A DNA stretch of 64,000 bases, from positions 2,394 to 66,393 of the forward strand of contig DAIQMY010000002.1 of the NCBI GenBank assembly GCA_036788695.1, read 5' to 3'. A program made the position numbers and the translations under genes. The stretch is from Candidatus Levyibacteriota bacterium. Its GTDB lineage: Bacteria; Patescibacteriota; Microgenomatia; Levybacterales; GWA1-39-11. The first letter of the stretch is position 1. Every line of letters starts with the position of its first letter. A model generated the notes under the pieces. That model saw only the letters and a list, made by a program, of their open reading frames with translations, had not been told where the DNA came from and did no database searches. Below are positions 9,024 to 19,793 of this stretch, piece by piece.

Positions 9024-10718
9024 ATGCATACATTTATAGAAAAAAAAAGATATATTTTGCTTACTGTAATTTTTATTATTGGGCTATTTCTTCGTTTTTT
9101 TCTTCTTGGAACTAACCCTCCAAGTTTAAATTGGGATGAAGCATCAACGGGATACAACGCTTTTTCAATCTTAAAAACTGGAAAAGATGAATATGGAAAC
9201 TTTATGCCATTATCCATAAGGTCATTTGATGATTACAAGCCACCGCTTTATACGTATTTAGATGTGCCTTTTGTGGGGATATTTGGATTAACAGACTTTG
9301 CAGTAAGACTTCCCTCCGCGATACTAGGTACACTCACAATACTTGTGATTTATTTTCTTGTCCTGGAATTGTTTCCAAAGATACGAAAGACGCAGGAAGC
9401 GTTTTCTGAAAGTAATTTTCAGCAAGAAATAGCTCTTCTATCCGCATTCTTTTTTGCTGTTAGTCCATGGAGTTTGCAATTTTCTCGCTCCGCGTATGAA
9501 GGGAATATTGGATTATTTTTCTTACTCTCGGGTGTTTTATTTTTTCTTAAATCTGAAAAGAAACATATATATTTACTTTTTTCATCTATCTTATTTATTT
9601 GCGCCCTATATTCATATCATAGTTTTAGATTAGTAGTTCCATTATTAATTTTAGTAATGTCTACTCTTTTTTATCCTTATTTACTGAAAGCAAAAAAAAT
9701 GGCCATTGTCGCGTTTATGATTCTTGTATTATTTGCAATCCCTATTTATTCAAGCTTTGTAACAGCAGGAAGTGGAACTGGGAGCAGGCTCTCAATGGTT
9801 ACCATTTTTGGTGCATCTGAAAATTTAGACGCGTCAATTCGGGAGCTAGAGTATGACAGAAGTTACGGAGATTTTATTGGTGAGACATTTCACAATAGAC
9901 GCGTGGTACATTTTTTAGCTGCTGTAAAAGGGTACCTGGATCATTATAATCCTGATTTTTTATACCTGAATGGTGATGGGGGTAGGCAGCATCATGCGGT
10001 CAAATTCGGAATGATGTATCTTTTTGATTTGCCATTAATTATGGTGGGCGCAGTCATGCTTACTCGGAGAATTACACGACAGAAAATTTTATTTTTTACG
10101 ATCTTAGTGCTTGCTCCCTTGCCTTCTGCTATTACTACAGGAACTCCTCATCCGGTTCGTGCAATTGCAATGTTACCCGAACTATTAATACTTGCAAGTG
10201 TGGGAGCCGTATTTCTCATTTCGGAAATATCAAGAATAAAATACAGGGTATTAGGTCTAAAATTGAAATACGTGATATTCTCACTTCTGCTATTCGTATT
10301 TTCAGTTAATGGATTATATTATTTGCATCAATATTATATTCATACACCTATTGAGTATGGGGACTTCTGGCAATATGGATATAAAGAAGCGCTTGCAATT
10401 GCCGTAAAAAACGAAAAAAATTACGACAACATAGTATTTACCTATAAATACGATCAGCCATATATATATTATCTTTATTACAACAAAATAGACCCTAATT
10501 GGTACCATAGCAATTGGAATTTTACAAAAAATGGAGAAATGCCAAGGTTTGAGCGCAGAATAGGAAAATATATATTTAAAAATATTAATTTAGGTGAAGA
10601 AAGAAAAATAAAAAATTCGTTACTTTTTGGAACTCCAGATGAAATACCAGAAAATGAGTCATTCAAGGAAATTAAATTTCTAAATGGTGATACCGCATTC
10701 AGAATAACAAAAACATGA
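9024..10718 (+). CDS. PMT_2/GT39-like GT-C glycosyltransferase (F2)
   Basis: 'LNWDEASTGYNAFSILKTGKDEYGNFMPL'. ATG 9024 is preceded by GAGG at 9012-9015. The ORF track gives TTG 9009. Confidence 0.7.
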   Translation: MHTFIEKKRYILLTVIFIIGLFLRFFLLGTNPPSLNWDEASTGYNAFSILKTGKDEYGNFMPLSIRSFDDYKPPLYTYLDVPFVGIFGLTDFAVRLPSAILGTLTILVIYFLVLELFPKIRKTQEAFSESNFQQEIALLSAFFFAVSPWSLQFSRSAYEGNIGLFFLLSGVLFFLKSEKKHIYLLFSSILFICALYSYHSFRLVVPLLILVMSTLFYPYLLKAKKMAIVAFMILVLFAIPIYSSFVTAGSGTGSRLSMVTIFGASENLDASIRELEYDRSYGDFIGETFHNRRVVHFLAAVKGYLDHYNPDFLYLNGDGGRQHHAVKFGMMYLFDLPLIMVGAVMLTRRITRQKILFFTILVLAPLPSAITTGTPHPVRAIAMLPELLILASVGAVFLISEISRIKYRVLGLKLKYVIFSLLLFVFSVNGLYYLHQYYIHTPIEYGDFWQYGYKEALAIAVKNEKNYDNIVFTYKYDQPYIYYLYYNKIDPNWYHSNWNFTKNGEMPRFERRIGKYIFKNINLGEERKIKNSLLFGTPDEIPENESFKEIKFLNGDTAFRITKT

Positions 10719-12346
10719 AAAAATTTATTGCTCGGCACTCAACTCTTTTTTTTCTCATCGGAGGATTTTTTATTTGTCTCTCTATTACTCTCCCATATTT
10801 TCATAACGGATATTTCCCGACACATGACGGTGAGTGGGCGGTGGTACGAGCAAGCGAGATGTTCAGGGAGATACGAGACTATCAATTTCCTCCCAGATAT
10901 AGTGGTGTTTTGAATTCAGGTTATGGATATCCGCTTTTTAACTTTGCGTATCCATTCCCGTATTATATTACAACCATTATACACGCAGCTCATTTTGGAT
11001 TTGTAGATAGTGTAAAAATAATTTTTGTATCAAGCGTATTTATCTCTTTTATTGGAATGTTTTTTTTGTCTCGCGTATTTTGGAAAAGTTCACTAGCAGG
11101 CTTTTTAAGCGGAATTTTCTATATCCTGCTTCCTTATCATCTAGTTGACCTCTATGTGAGAGGCTCAATAGGTGAGTCAATTGCATTTGCTCTCTATCCC
11201 CTTATTTTACTCAGTTGTCTGGGGATTTTATATAAGAAATATATGAACGTGTCTTATTTTTCGCTCAGTATTTTGTCAGGAGCATTAATATTGAATCATA
11301 ATATTTCTGCGGTATATTTTGGATTAATATTCGCGTTTTACCTGATAGCACTTTTTTTGGCAAAGCGGTACAAAGAGGCAGTAACAACTTTTACTGGGTT
11401 TGCATGGGGTGTTCTTATATCAGCATTTTTCTTTGTTCCAGCACTATTAGAAAAGAAGTATATTAAGCTTTCAAAAATTCCAATTGCTGATAGAAATTTA
11501 TACTTTGTTACCTTGCAAAAGCTGTTAGTTCCAACATGGGGATACGGAGCCCCAATTGATGCAAACCCATTTACATACCAGATAGGTATCCCACAGCTTG
11601 TAGGTTTCTTTTCATCAATTTTTATCGTAAAAAAATTGAGAGCTGTTGAACAATTTATTATATATTCATTTATTTTTTTAACTGTTGTTCTTTCTTTCAT
11701 GATGTTTTCATTTACGTCCTTTATGTGGAGATTGCCTCTTCTTTCAGATATTAATTATCCTTGGACACTGCTTTTGCCGATAGGTTTTCTTGTATCTTTT
11801 TTATCGGGATCGCTTATTTATGTGAAATATAAAAAAATTATAGTTCCAACTTTACTATTGGCAGTAATATTTTTATATGGTTTTTACGCAAGACCTAGTG
11901 GATACATAAATAAAGGGGATTTGTATTACCTTACAAACCATGCAACAACAACCTCATCAAACGAGCTGATGCCATTATGGGTGAAAGATGAACCTGTGAA
12001 TATGTTTAAACAAAAAATTGAGGGGAAGGGTGAAGTTTCCTCATTAACATATAACTCCAAACGAATTGAATTTCTATTTACCTCAGACATATCGCAGAGA
12101 ATAGTTGTAAATCAGATTTATTATCCAGGATGGAGTGCAACAGTTAATGACCGTAGGGTAAAAATTTACTATAATAATAAAAACGGCTTAATCAATTTTG
12201 AAGTGCCTAAAGGTAAAAGCAAAGTCAGGCTGTCTTTTTCAGAAATACCCTTACGACGCGCCATGAATATTACATCTCTTGCGGCATTTGTTCTCTTATT
12301 TTTAGTATTTGCCATTGTAGAATTAAGGAAGCGCATTAAAAAATAA
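10715..12346 (+). CDS. GT-C-type membrane protein, PTPS-related (PF10131-like) family (paralog G1 of 4)
   Basis: 'FPTHDGEWAVVRASE...FPPRYSGVLNSGYGYPLFNF...DLYVRGSIGES'. The C-terminal module 'YYPGWSATVNDRRV' plus a final TM helix matches the YfhO paralogs. Confidence 0.55.
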   Translation: MKKFIARHSTLFFLIGGFFICLSITLPYFHNGYFPTHDGEWAVVRASEMFREIRDYQFPPRYSGVLNSGYGYPLFNFAYPFPYYITTIIHAAHFGFVDSVKIIFVSSVFISFIGMFFLSRVFWKSSLAGFLSGIFYILLPYHLVDLYVRGSIGESIAFALYPLILLSCLGILYKKYMNVSYFSLSILSGALILNHNISAVYFGLIFAFYLIALFLAKRYKEAVTTFTGFAWGVLISAFFFVPALLEKKYIKLSKIPIADRNLYFVTLQKLLVPTWGYGAPIDANPFTYQIGIPQLVGFFSSIFIVKKLRAVEQFIIYSFIFLTVVLSFMMFSFTSFMWRLPLLSDINYPWTLLLPIGFLVSFLSGSLIYVKYKKIIVPTLLLAVIFLYGFYARPSGYINKGDLYYLTNHATTTSSNELMPLWVKDEPVNMFKQKIEGKGEVSSLTYNSKRIEFLFTSDISQRIVVNQIYYPGWSATVNDRRVKIYYNNKNGLINFEVPKGKSKVRLSFSEIPLRRAMNITSLAAFVLLFLVFAIVELRKRIKK

Positions 12347-12354
12347 AAAACTAT

Positions 12355-14100
12355 ATGGGAAAATATAAAAAAGTATTCTTGAAGTTATTGCCATTTTTAC
12401 TCGTCACTGGGTTATGTATCTTTTCACTTTTTCCGCTCTTTCATCCTGGTTTTTTTACCATGCATGACGATGAGCAAATTGCAAGATTATATGATTTATC
12501 TCAGGCTCTTCATGGAGGAGAGTTTCCGCCTAGAATTTCGCCAAACTTAGGTTTTGGTTACGGATATCCATTTTTTAATTTTTACCCATCATTTGCATAT
12601 TATGTGGGTGAACTTTTTGTTCTTTTCGGATTTTCACTCATTACATCTACCAAGCTTATGATTGCTACATCCTTTGTTTTATCTGCAGTATTTATATACC
12701 TTTTCGTAAAGGAATTGTTTGGAAAAACTGCAGGTGTTGTGTCTGGCGTTTCCTATACCTATGCCTCATATCACGCAGTAGATGTATATGTTAGAGGTGC
12801 ATTTGCTGAGTCGTTTTCATTTGTATTTATTCCTCTCTTGTTTTACGCAAGTTATAGATTAGCTGTCACATTGAAATATAAATATATCCTCATAGGAGCA
12901 TTGGCAGTTGCGGGATTGGTACTAAGTCACAACTTAGTAGCATTCATGAGCTTTCCCTTTATTGCTATTTGGCTTTTGTATCTTTTGCTTATTTCCAGGC
13001 AAAAGAGGGATTTTGTGTTATTTTCAGCTCTGTTATTCTTACTAGGACTTGGACTGTCTTCATACTTTTGGTTGCCATCATATTTTGAGAGAAATAATAC
13101 GTTAGTAAATATACTCACTTCAGAGCTTGCAAACTATAATCTACACTTTGTTTGCACATATCAATTATGGGATTCTATGTGGGGGTACGGTGGTTCTATT
13201 CCTAGTTGTTTTGACGGTATTTCATTTGAGATTGGGAAGCTTGTTCTTATACTGTCAATTGCCTCAGCAGCACTTTCTATACTTGGAATATTTTTCGCAA
13301 GACGGAGGAAAAATGGAGACATGAGTCAAATGTTATATATTCTTATATTTTTCTTTATGCTGTGTCTTAGTATATTTCTCATGGTGAAGTTCTCACGCCC
13401 CATATGGGATTTAATAGTTCCCCTGTGGTATGTGCAATTTCCATGGCGCTTTTTATTGTTTGCATCATTCTTTACATCTGTTTTAGCTGGAAGCATAGTG
13501 TTCTTTATTAAGAATAAAAGAATACAGATAGGTGTTGCTGCGGGTATTATTATTTTGCTAATCGCGGTTAATTTCTCTAAATTTGCTCCTGAACGTTTTT
13601 TTAACGCTGATGACCGTGATTATACGAATTTTGAAAAGATAAGATGGGAAACTAGTAGTCTTGCATATGAATATGTACCAAAGGGAGTTAAAACAAAAAA
13701 ATCAGATATTGGCACAACGCTTGTTGATATTAATAAAAACGAAATTTCCACTCGTTCAGCAGAGATAAAAAGCGGTGAAATTTTGTTTAAAGAAATTGTG
13801 AACAAGACATATTATAAACAGTTTGATGTGAATGTGTTAACAAATGGTGTCTTGCAGATAAATACCTATTCTTTTCCGGGCTGGAAGGTATTTGTAAACG
13901 GAAAAGAAGTTGTATATCGTGATAATAACAAACTTAAGCTGATTCAAATAGATCTTTCAAAGGGTGAGTATAGAGTTGAAGCTCGGTTTGTGAATACGCC
14001 AATTAGAACTATTGGAAATTCTATATCGGGAATTAGTATAATAGTACTAATTGGCTGTGGGATATTCATCACTTACAGAAAAAGATATGGCAAAACTTAA
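12355..14100 (+). CDS. GT-C-type membrane protein, PTPS-related family (G2)
   Basis: 'FTMHDDEQIARL...FPPRISPNLGFGYGYPFFNFY...DVYVRGAFAES' and C-terminal 'FPGWKVFVNGKEV'. Confidence 0.55.
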   Translation: MGKYKKVFLKLLPFLLVTGLCIFSLFPLFHPGFFTMHDDEQIARLYDLSQALHGGEFPPRISPNLGFGYGYPFFNFYPSFAYYVGELFVLFGFSLITSTKLMIATSFVLSAVFIYLFVKELFGKTAGVVSGVSYTYASYHAVDVYVRGAFAESFSFVFIPLLFYASYRLAVTLKYKYILIGALAVAGLVLSHNLVAFMSFPFIAIWLLYLLLISRQKRDFVLFSALLFLLGLGLSSYFWLPSYFERNNTLVNILTSELANYNLHFVCTYQLWDSMWGYGGSIPSCFDGISFEIGKLVLILSIASAALSILGIFFARRRKNGDMSQMLYILIFFFMLCLSIFLMVKFSRPIWDLIVPLWYVQFPWRFLLFASFFTSVLAGSIVFFIKNKRIQIGVAAGIIILLIAVNFSKFAPERFFNADDRDYTNFEKIRWETSSLAYEYVPKGVKTKKSDIGTTLVDINKNEISTRSAEIKSGEILFKEIVNKTYYKQFDVNVLTNGVLQINTYSFPGWKVFVNGKEVVYRDNNKLKLIQIDLSKGEYRVEARFVNTPIRTIGNSISGISIIVLIGCGIFITYRKRYGKT

Positions 14101-14797
14101 AGAACTATCAATTTTCTTTCCATTTTGGAATGAAGAAAAAAATATTGAAAGGGTCGTAAAAAGCGCGATTCCTGTAGCTGAGAAGTATGCTCAAAAATGG
14201 GAGATCATTATGGTTGATGATGGATCTGGGGATCATACGCGTGATCTAGCTGAGAAATTAGCTAAGACTCATAAAAATTTACGGGTTGTGAGTCATACCC
14301 CAAACATTGGATATGGATCGGCTTTAAAAGAGGGATTTTTAAATGCAAAATATGGAGTTACGGTATTTACTGACGGGGATGCACAGTTTGATTTTTCTGA
14401 AATATATAAATTTATTGATTTGATTCAGGACGCAGACATTGTGATAGGTTATAGAAAAAAAAGAAGGGATAGTTATGGGCGGCACATATTAATGCATCTC
14501 TTAAAGATCTGGGATTACCTATTTTTTAGGTTCTATTACAGAGATATAGATTGTGGATTTAAGATGTTTAAGAAAGAGGCATTGGAGAAGATAATGCCAT
14601 TACGTTCTGATGGCGCAATGATAACTACTGAAATTTTAGCAAAGGCAAAGAAGAAAAAATTAATAATAAAAGAGGTTGAAGTGGAGCACTATCCAAGAAA
14701 ATACGGAACACAGACTGGTGCAAATGTAAGTGTTGTTGTGCGAGCCATACTTGAGAGTTTTATATTGTGGTGGGATATTAAAAATTCCAGATTTTAA
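14087..14797 (+). CDS. GT2 polyprenyl-phosphate sugar synthase, DPM1/GtrB-like (second of 4)
   Basis: 'EIIMVDDGSGDHT...VFTDGDAQFD...IVIGYRKKRRD'. The probable ATG start at 14087 overlaps the upstream gene by 14 nt. The ORF track gives TTG 14051. Confidence 0.8.
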   Translation: MAKLKELSIFFPFWNEEKNIERVVKSAIPVAEKYAQKWEIIMVDDGSGDHTRDLAEKLAKTHKNLRVVSHTPNIGYGSALKEGFLNAKYGVTVFTDGDAQFDFSEIYKFIDLIQDADIVIGYRKKRRDSYGRHILMHLLKIWDYLFFRFYYRDIDCGFKMFKKEALEKIMPLRSDGAMITTEILAKAKKKKLIIKEVEVEHYPRKYGTQTGANVSVVVRAILESFILWWDIKNSRF

Positions 14798-14829
14798 TAT
14801 TCAGTTTGCTAGTAAAGTTCTACCTTATC

Positions 14830-16311
14830 ATGCAAGAATCAGATGAATCAGGAGTTATACAATTTGAAATTATTGCGAAAAAATCTGTCAAAGGGATTTT
14901 TGCGTTAACCTCACGTACCTTTTTAATTCAAATTCTATCAATCGTCACAAGCATAATTCTTAGTATTTATTTATCTCCCGCGACTTTCGGGGTATTTTTT
15001 GTTGTTTCTGCCATAGTAGTATTTTTAAAGTATTTTCAAGACATAGGACTTGCCGCAAGTTTAATCCAGAAGAAGAAAGATCCGACAGTTATTGAACTAA
15101 GGTCTACATTTTTTATACAACAATTATTAGTCTTAGGAGTTACTATTCCGGCTATTATATTTGCAAAACAAATTGCACATTTTTATAAATTAGATTTTGA
15201 TGGGCTTATATTGCTTTATGCATTGCTTTTTTCCTTTATAGCGTCTTCTCTAAAAACAATTCCTACAATACTACTTGAAAGAAAGTTAGAATTTAATAAG
15301 CTAGTTCTCCCGGAAATAGTTGAGAATATTGCATACAACGTGTGCTTGATAGTTCTTGCAGTTTTAGGACTAGGCATTAAGAGTTTCACAGTTGCAGTAT
15401 TAGCAAGGAGCATATTGGGGTTAATTGTAATTTATTGGATACAGCCATGGCCGATAGGTATTGCCTTAAATAAAAAGTCTATAAAACAATTACTTACATT
15501 TGGAATACCATTTCAAGCTAATTCATTTCTTGCATTATTTAAAGATAATTTATTTGATTTATATTTGGCAAAAGTGCTTACCGCAACTCAACTAGGGTAT
15601 GTAGGTTTTTCTCAAAAATGGGCGTATATGCCTCTCAGACTATTTATGGACAATATAATAAAAGTTACCTTCCCATCTTTTAGCAGATTGCAGCATGATA
15701 AGCATGCGTTAGGAAGAGCAATTGAGAAGACGCTTTTTCTGACCTCTACAGTTATGATTCCTACAGTCGTAATAATTGTACTATTCTCTCCCTATTTAGT
15801 TGCTTTTTTCCCTGAATATAACAAGTGGGAGCCAGCAATTCTTTCTCTTACCTTTTTTTCTCTCAGTACGGTAATGTCATCCTTATCTACCCCGCTTACC
15901 AATATTTTAAACGCAATTGGAAAGGTGAAAATTACATTATATTTTATGATCTTTTGGACCATTTTAACCTGGGTAATAAGTCCTTTGTTCATAGTATTAT
16001 ATGGGTATAATGGGGTAGCCCTTGCATCATTTATTATTTCTTTGTCTTCAGTTCTTGTTTTCTTTATCGCCCGAAGCTTTGTATCTTTTAAAATCATAAA
16101 ACCCCTTTTCCCGTCATTTGCTGCAGGAATTGCAATGTTTGTGTTTACCCTGTTTACGCAGAATATCATATTAAATGTTCCCTTACTTATTTTAGGGGTA
16201 TTTCTCTCATCGCTCTTTTACGTTTCAGTGCTTTATCTTCTTGCTAAAAACGAAATACACAAGACAATAACTTTTGTTAGGGTGAGTGTAAAAAAGGAGG
16301 AACAGAAATGA
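14830..16311 (+). CDS. Wzx-type oligosaccharide/polysaccharide flippase (MOP/MATE-like superfamily)
   Basis: It has about 12-14 TM helices with the 'polysaccharide biosynthesis protein' topology and an N-terminal amphipathic region. The start is ambiguous, either 14806 or ATG 14830. Confidence 0.65.
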   Translation: MQESDESGVIQFEIIAKKSVKGIFALTSRTFLIQILSIVTSIILSIYLSPATFGVFFVVSAIVVFLKYFQDIGLAASLIQKKKDPTVIELRSTFFIQQLLVLGVTIPAIIFAKQIAHFYKLDFDGLILLYALLFSFIASSLKTIPTILLERKLEFNKLVLPEIVENIAYNVCLIVLAVLGLGIKSFTVAVLARSILGLIVIYWIQPWPIGIALNKKSIKQLLTFGIPFQANSFLALFKDNLFDLYLAKVLTATQLGYVGFSQKWAYMPLRLFMDNIIKVTFPSFSRLQHDKHALGRAIEKTLFLTSTVMIPTVVIIVLFSPYLVAFFPEYNKWEPAILSLTFFSLSTVMSSLSTPLTNILNAIGKVKITLYFMIFWTILTWVISPLFIVLYGYNGVALASFIISLSSVLVFFIARSFVSFKIIKPLFPSFAAGIAMFVFTLFTQNIILNVPLLILGVFLSSLFYVSVLYLLAKNEIHKTITFVRVSVKKEEQK

Positions 16312-17219
16312 TTAGTGTAGTAATTTCTGCCTATAACGAAGAGAAAAATATAGCAGCCTGCATAGAATCAGTTGAAAATTTAGCAGATGAAATAATTGTT
16401 GTAGATAACATGTCAACTGATGCAACAGCACTGATAGCTAAAAAAAGTGGAGCGAAGGTATACAGTCAAGAAAATAATCCTAAAAAAATTGATTTACAAA
16501 AAAATTACGGATTTGAGAAGGCGACTGAGGAGTGGATATTGTCACTTGACGCTGACGAACGTGTAACTCAGAAGCTTTCACAGGAAATAAAAAATGTACT
16601 TCAGCATGAGGATAATACAAATGCATATTTAATTCCCCGTAAGAATATTATTTTTGGTAAATGGATCAGAAATTCTATCTGGTGGCCGGATTATCAGTTG
16701 AGATTGTTTAAGAAGGGGAAAGGAAAATTTTTAAAAGCTTCTGTTCATAAGCAGCTTGAGGTTAAGGGTGAAACGAAATATATGAATGAACCCATAACTC
16801 ATTACAATTATGATAGCATATCCCAATATGTTTCCAGAATGAATAACATATACACTGAAATAGAGGCAGATACGTTTATGTCAGAGGGTAAAAAGTTGCA
16901 TTGGACAGAAGCAATAAGAATGCCCGCCTCAGATTTTATGAAGACATACTTTTTTCAAAAAGGATATAGAGATGGACTCCATGGACTCATTCTCTCAAGT
17001 CTCCAAGCATTTTATATGTTTCTTGTATTTGCAAAAATATGGGAGAGGCAAGGGTTTTATGAGAGAGATTCTAGGGATGTCTTAGAGGGTGTAGGACGGG
17101 AGCTGCATGTTTTGAGTAAGGACGCTACCTTTTGGATGCTAAAGGCAATGCAGGAAAATACGAGAAATCCATTTAAGAAAGCGATTTATATATGTGCAAG
17201 AAAATTGAATAAGATTTAA
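16308..17219 (+). CDS. Soluble GT2 glycosyltransferase (paralog I1 of 3; WaaE/KdtX-like LPS-core type)
   Basis: 'MISVVISAYNEEKNIAACIESVENLADEIIVVDNMSTDAT...LSLDADE' carries the DxD motif. There is an ATGA overlap. Confidence 0.8.
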   Translation: MISVVISAYNEEKNIAACIESVENLADEIIVVDNMSTDATALIAKKSGAKVYSQENNPKKIDLQKNYGFEKATEEWILSLDADERVTQKLSQEIKNVLQHEDNTNAYLIPRKNIIFGKWIRNSIWWPDYQLRLFKKGKGKFLKASVHKQLEVKGETKYMNEPITHYNYDSISQYVSRMNNIYTEIEADTFMSEGKKLHWTEAIRMPASDFMKTYFFQKGYRDGLHGLILSSLQAFYMFLVFAKIWERQGFYERDSRDVLEGVGRELHVLSKDATFWMLKAMQENTRNPFKKAIYICARKLNKI

Positions 17220-17220
17220 T

Positions 17221-18138
17221 ATGAAGAAAATATTTGTTATAGTGCTTAATTTTAACGGATGCAATAACACTATAGAATGCGTTAAAACATTACAGAATGT
17301 ACGATCTCCACAGGGATATGAGATTATCCCCTTGATTGTGGATAATGCGTCTGTTGACGCTTCAGTTGTGACATTTAAATCGCTGTTTAAAGATATCACT
17401 CTCATAGAGAATAAAAAGAACTTGGGTTACGCTGGTGGAAATAATACTGGTATAGAGTATGCACTTGCTCATGATGCATCGCATATTGTAGTTTTAAATA
17501 ATGATACGCTTCTTGTAAGATCCTCAATTTTTGAGCTGTTTAATTCGCTCAAAAAATACAATGCAGATGTGGCTTGCCCCAAAATATATTTTGAAAAAGG
17601 GTATGAGTATCACAAAGAGAGATACCAGAAGAGCGAGCTTGGAAAAGTCTTTTGGTTTGCTGGTGCGGAAATGGATTTTGCAAACATCATAGGTCATCAC
17701 AGGGGCGTTGATGAGGTTGACTCCGGGCAATATGACAAAATGACTGATATAGATTTCATAACTGGGGCATGCTTTATTGGCACAAGAGATGTTTTTAAAA
17801 AAGTTGGCATGTTTGATGAAAGGTATTTTTTATACTATGAAGATGCAGACTTGAGTATGCGAATCAGAAATGCAGGATTTAAAATTGTTTTTGCTTCAGA
17901 TTCAGTCGTATATCACAAAAATGCGGGATCCACGGGAGGTTCAGGCTCAAACTTACAAGACTATTATATCACGAGAAACAGATTGCTTTTTGGGATGTGC
18001 TATGCATCTTTGCGAACAAAGTTTGCATTAGCAAGAGAAAGTATAAGAATCTTAGTAAGCGGTAGAAAATGGCAGAAAAGGGGAGTAGTTGATTACTATG
18101 TACATAGACTTGGTCGTGGGACATATCCTCTTCCATAA
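17221..18138 (+). CDS. GT2 glycosyltransferase, WbbL/rhamnosyltransferase-like (J1)
   Basis: 'IFVIVLNFNGCNNTIECV...VDNASVDAS...LGYAGGNNTG...YEDADLSMR'. Confidence 0.8.
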   Translation: MKKIFVIVLNFNGCNNTIECVKTLQNVRSPQGYEIIPLIVDNASVDASVVTFKSLFKDITLIENKKNLGYAGGNNTGIEYALAHDASHIVVLNNDTLLVRSSIFELFNSLKKYNADVACPKIYFEKGYEYHKERYQKSELGKVFWFAGAEMDFANIIGHHRGVDEVDSGQYDKMTDIDFITGACFIGTRDVFKKVGMFDERYFLYYEDADLSMRIRNAGFKIVFASDSVVYHKNAGSTGGSGSNLQDYYITRNRLLFGMCYASLRTKFALARESIRILVSGRKWQKRGVVDYYVHRLGRGTYPLP

Positions 18139-18140
18139 GC

Positions 18141-19793
18141 ATGAATATTCTTTACAAATATATAGGACTTATAGTAGTTATTAGTATAGGGTTATTGCCA
18201 GTTTTACCATTATTTCACGAAGGGTTACCAATTACGCATGACGGTCAAGACCATGTTGCACGGATTGCAAATTTTTATTTGAGTCTATCCGAGGGAAACA
18301 TTATTCCTCGATGGGCAGCAAATCTCAATTGGGGGTATGGGCACCCTATATTAATGTTTTTATATCCCTTACCTTCATATTCAGCATCTTTTTTTCATTT
18401 TCTTGGTTTTTCATTCGTTGACTCAGTAAAGATAATTTTTGGGTTAAGCTACATACTTAGTGGAATTACGATGTATTTATTTGTGAGGAATGTGTTCTCT
18501 GAAAAGGCTGGAATTTTGTCTGCAGTGCTTTATATGTATGCTCCCTACAGGTTTGTTGATTTTTATGTTCGAGGAGCAATAGGTGAACATGTTGCATTTA
18601 TTTTTGCCCCACTCATTTTATATTGTGTTTATAAATTAGCAAAAACTAGTTCTCCTCTATTTTTATTACTCGGTGGACTATCAATAACAGGTTTACTTTT
18701 GTCCCATAATGCTCTGGCATTAATGTTTTTGCCAATAATTGTTTTTTACATGTTATTTCTTGTGGCAGTAAGCAAGCAGAGAGTTAGACTTTTTATTTTC
18801 TACTCACTTTCTCTTCTTATAGCTTTTGGTCTATCCTCATTCTTTTTAATCCCTGCTTTTTTTGAAGGCAAATACACATTAAGAGATATTGTGACAAGTA
18901 ACGGAGAGTATAAAACTGGATTTGTTAACTTTATTCAATTCGTAATTCCTTCATGGAGCTATGGGGGGAGTACGTTTTTATCCAAACAAATAGGGTTGGT
19001 TCAAATAAGCGCGATTGTGGTTGCGTCAGTGATTTTTTTTAAAGCACATAAAAAGAAAAATATTGCTTTATACATTCTTTTCTCAGTTTCTCTTTTGATA
19101 TCCCTTTTTCTCATGACTCCGTATGCAGATTTTCTTTGGGAGAGAATAACGATCCTTCAAAAATTTCAATTTCCTTGGAGGTTACTGTCTGTAGTAGTTC
19201 TTGCATCTGCCGTTCTTCCGGCTTTTGCATTTCCTTATAAGAAAAAAAGCACGAAAGCAATGTTTTATCTCATTCTGATGTGTACGTGCTCTATTATAGT
19301 ATATTACCCATACTATCAAGCTCGTGAGTACTTAATTAAGGATCAGAGATTTTATTCACAGATATATAAAAGTACGACAGATACTGGTGAGAGTAGCCCT
19401 ATATGGTCAGTACGGTTTATGGAAAAGGAAGCAAAAAAAAGCGCAGAGATTATTGAGGGTTCAGGGAACATAACTCAGGATAAATGGAAAACTACACAAC
19501 ATGAATATACTATTCTGTCTGAGACGAACAGTGTACGAATTAGAGAAAACACGTTGTATTTCCCGAATTGGGAAGTTTATGTAGATGGTAAAAAAACGAA
19601 CATAGAATTTCAAGATAGGCTAAACAGAGGACTTATTACCTATAGGGTGCCACAGGGCAAACACAAAATAAGTATTCAGTTTAATGATACGAAGCTAAGA
19701 ACTGTAGCAAACATTATGACCTTCTTAACAGTTGGAGTTATTCTTCTTGCAATAATTGTTTTCAGAATTTGGAGGCATATAAAGAGATCATGA
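18141..19793 (+). CDS. GT-C-type membrane protein, PTPS-related family (G3)
   Basis: 'LPITHDGQDHVARIANF...IPRWAANLNWGYGHPILMF...DFYVRGAIGEH' and C-terminal 'YFPNWEVYVDGKKT'. Confidence 0.55.
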   Translation: MNILYKYIGLIVVISIGLLPVLPLFHEGLPITHDGQDHVARIANFYLSLSEGNIIPRWAANLNWGYGHPILMFLYPLPSYSASFFHFLGFSFVDSVKIIFGLSYILSGITMYLFVRNVFSEKAGILSAVLYMYAPYRFVDFYVRGAIGEHVAFIFAPLILYCVYKLAKTSSPLFLLLGGLSITGLLLSHNALALMFLPIIVFYMLFLVAVSKQRVRLFIFYSLSLLIAFGLSSFFLIPAFFEGKYTLRDIVTSNGEYKTGFVNFIQFVIPSWSYGGSTFLSKQIGLVQISAIVVASVIFFKAHKKKNIALYILFSVSLLISLFLMTPYADFLWERITILQKFQFPWRLLSVVVLASAVLPAFAFPYKKKSTKAMFYLILMCTCSIIVYYPYYQAREYLIKDQRFYSQIYKSTTDTGESSPIWSVRFMEKEAKKSAEIIEGSGNITQDKWKTTQHEYTILSETNSVRIRENTLYFPNWEVYVDGKKTNIEFQDRLNRGLITYRVPQGKHKISIQFNDTKLRTVANIMTFLTVGVILLAIIVFRIWRHIKRS

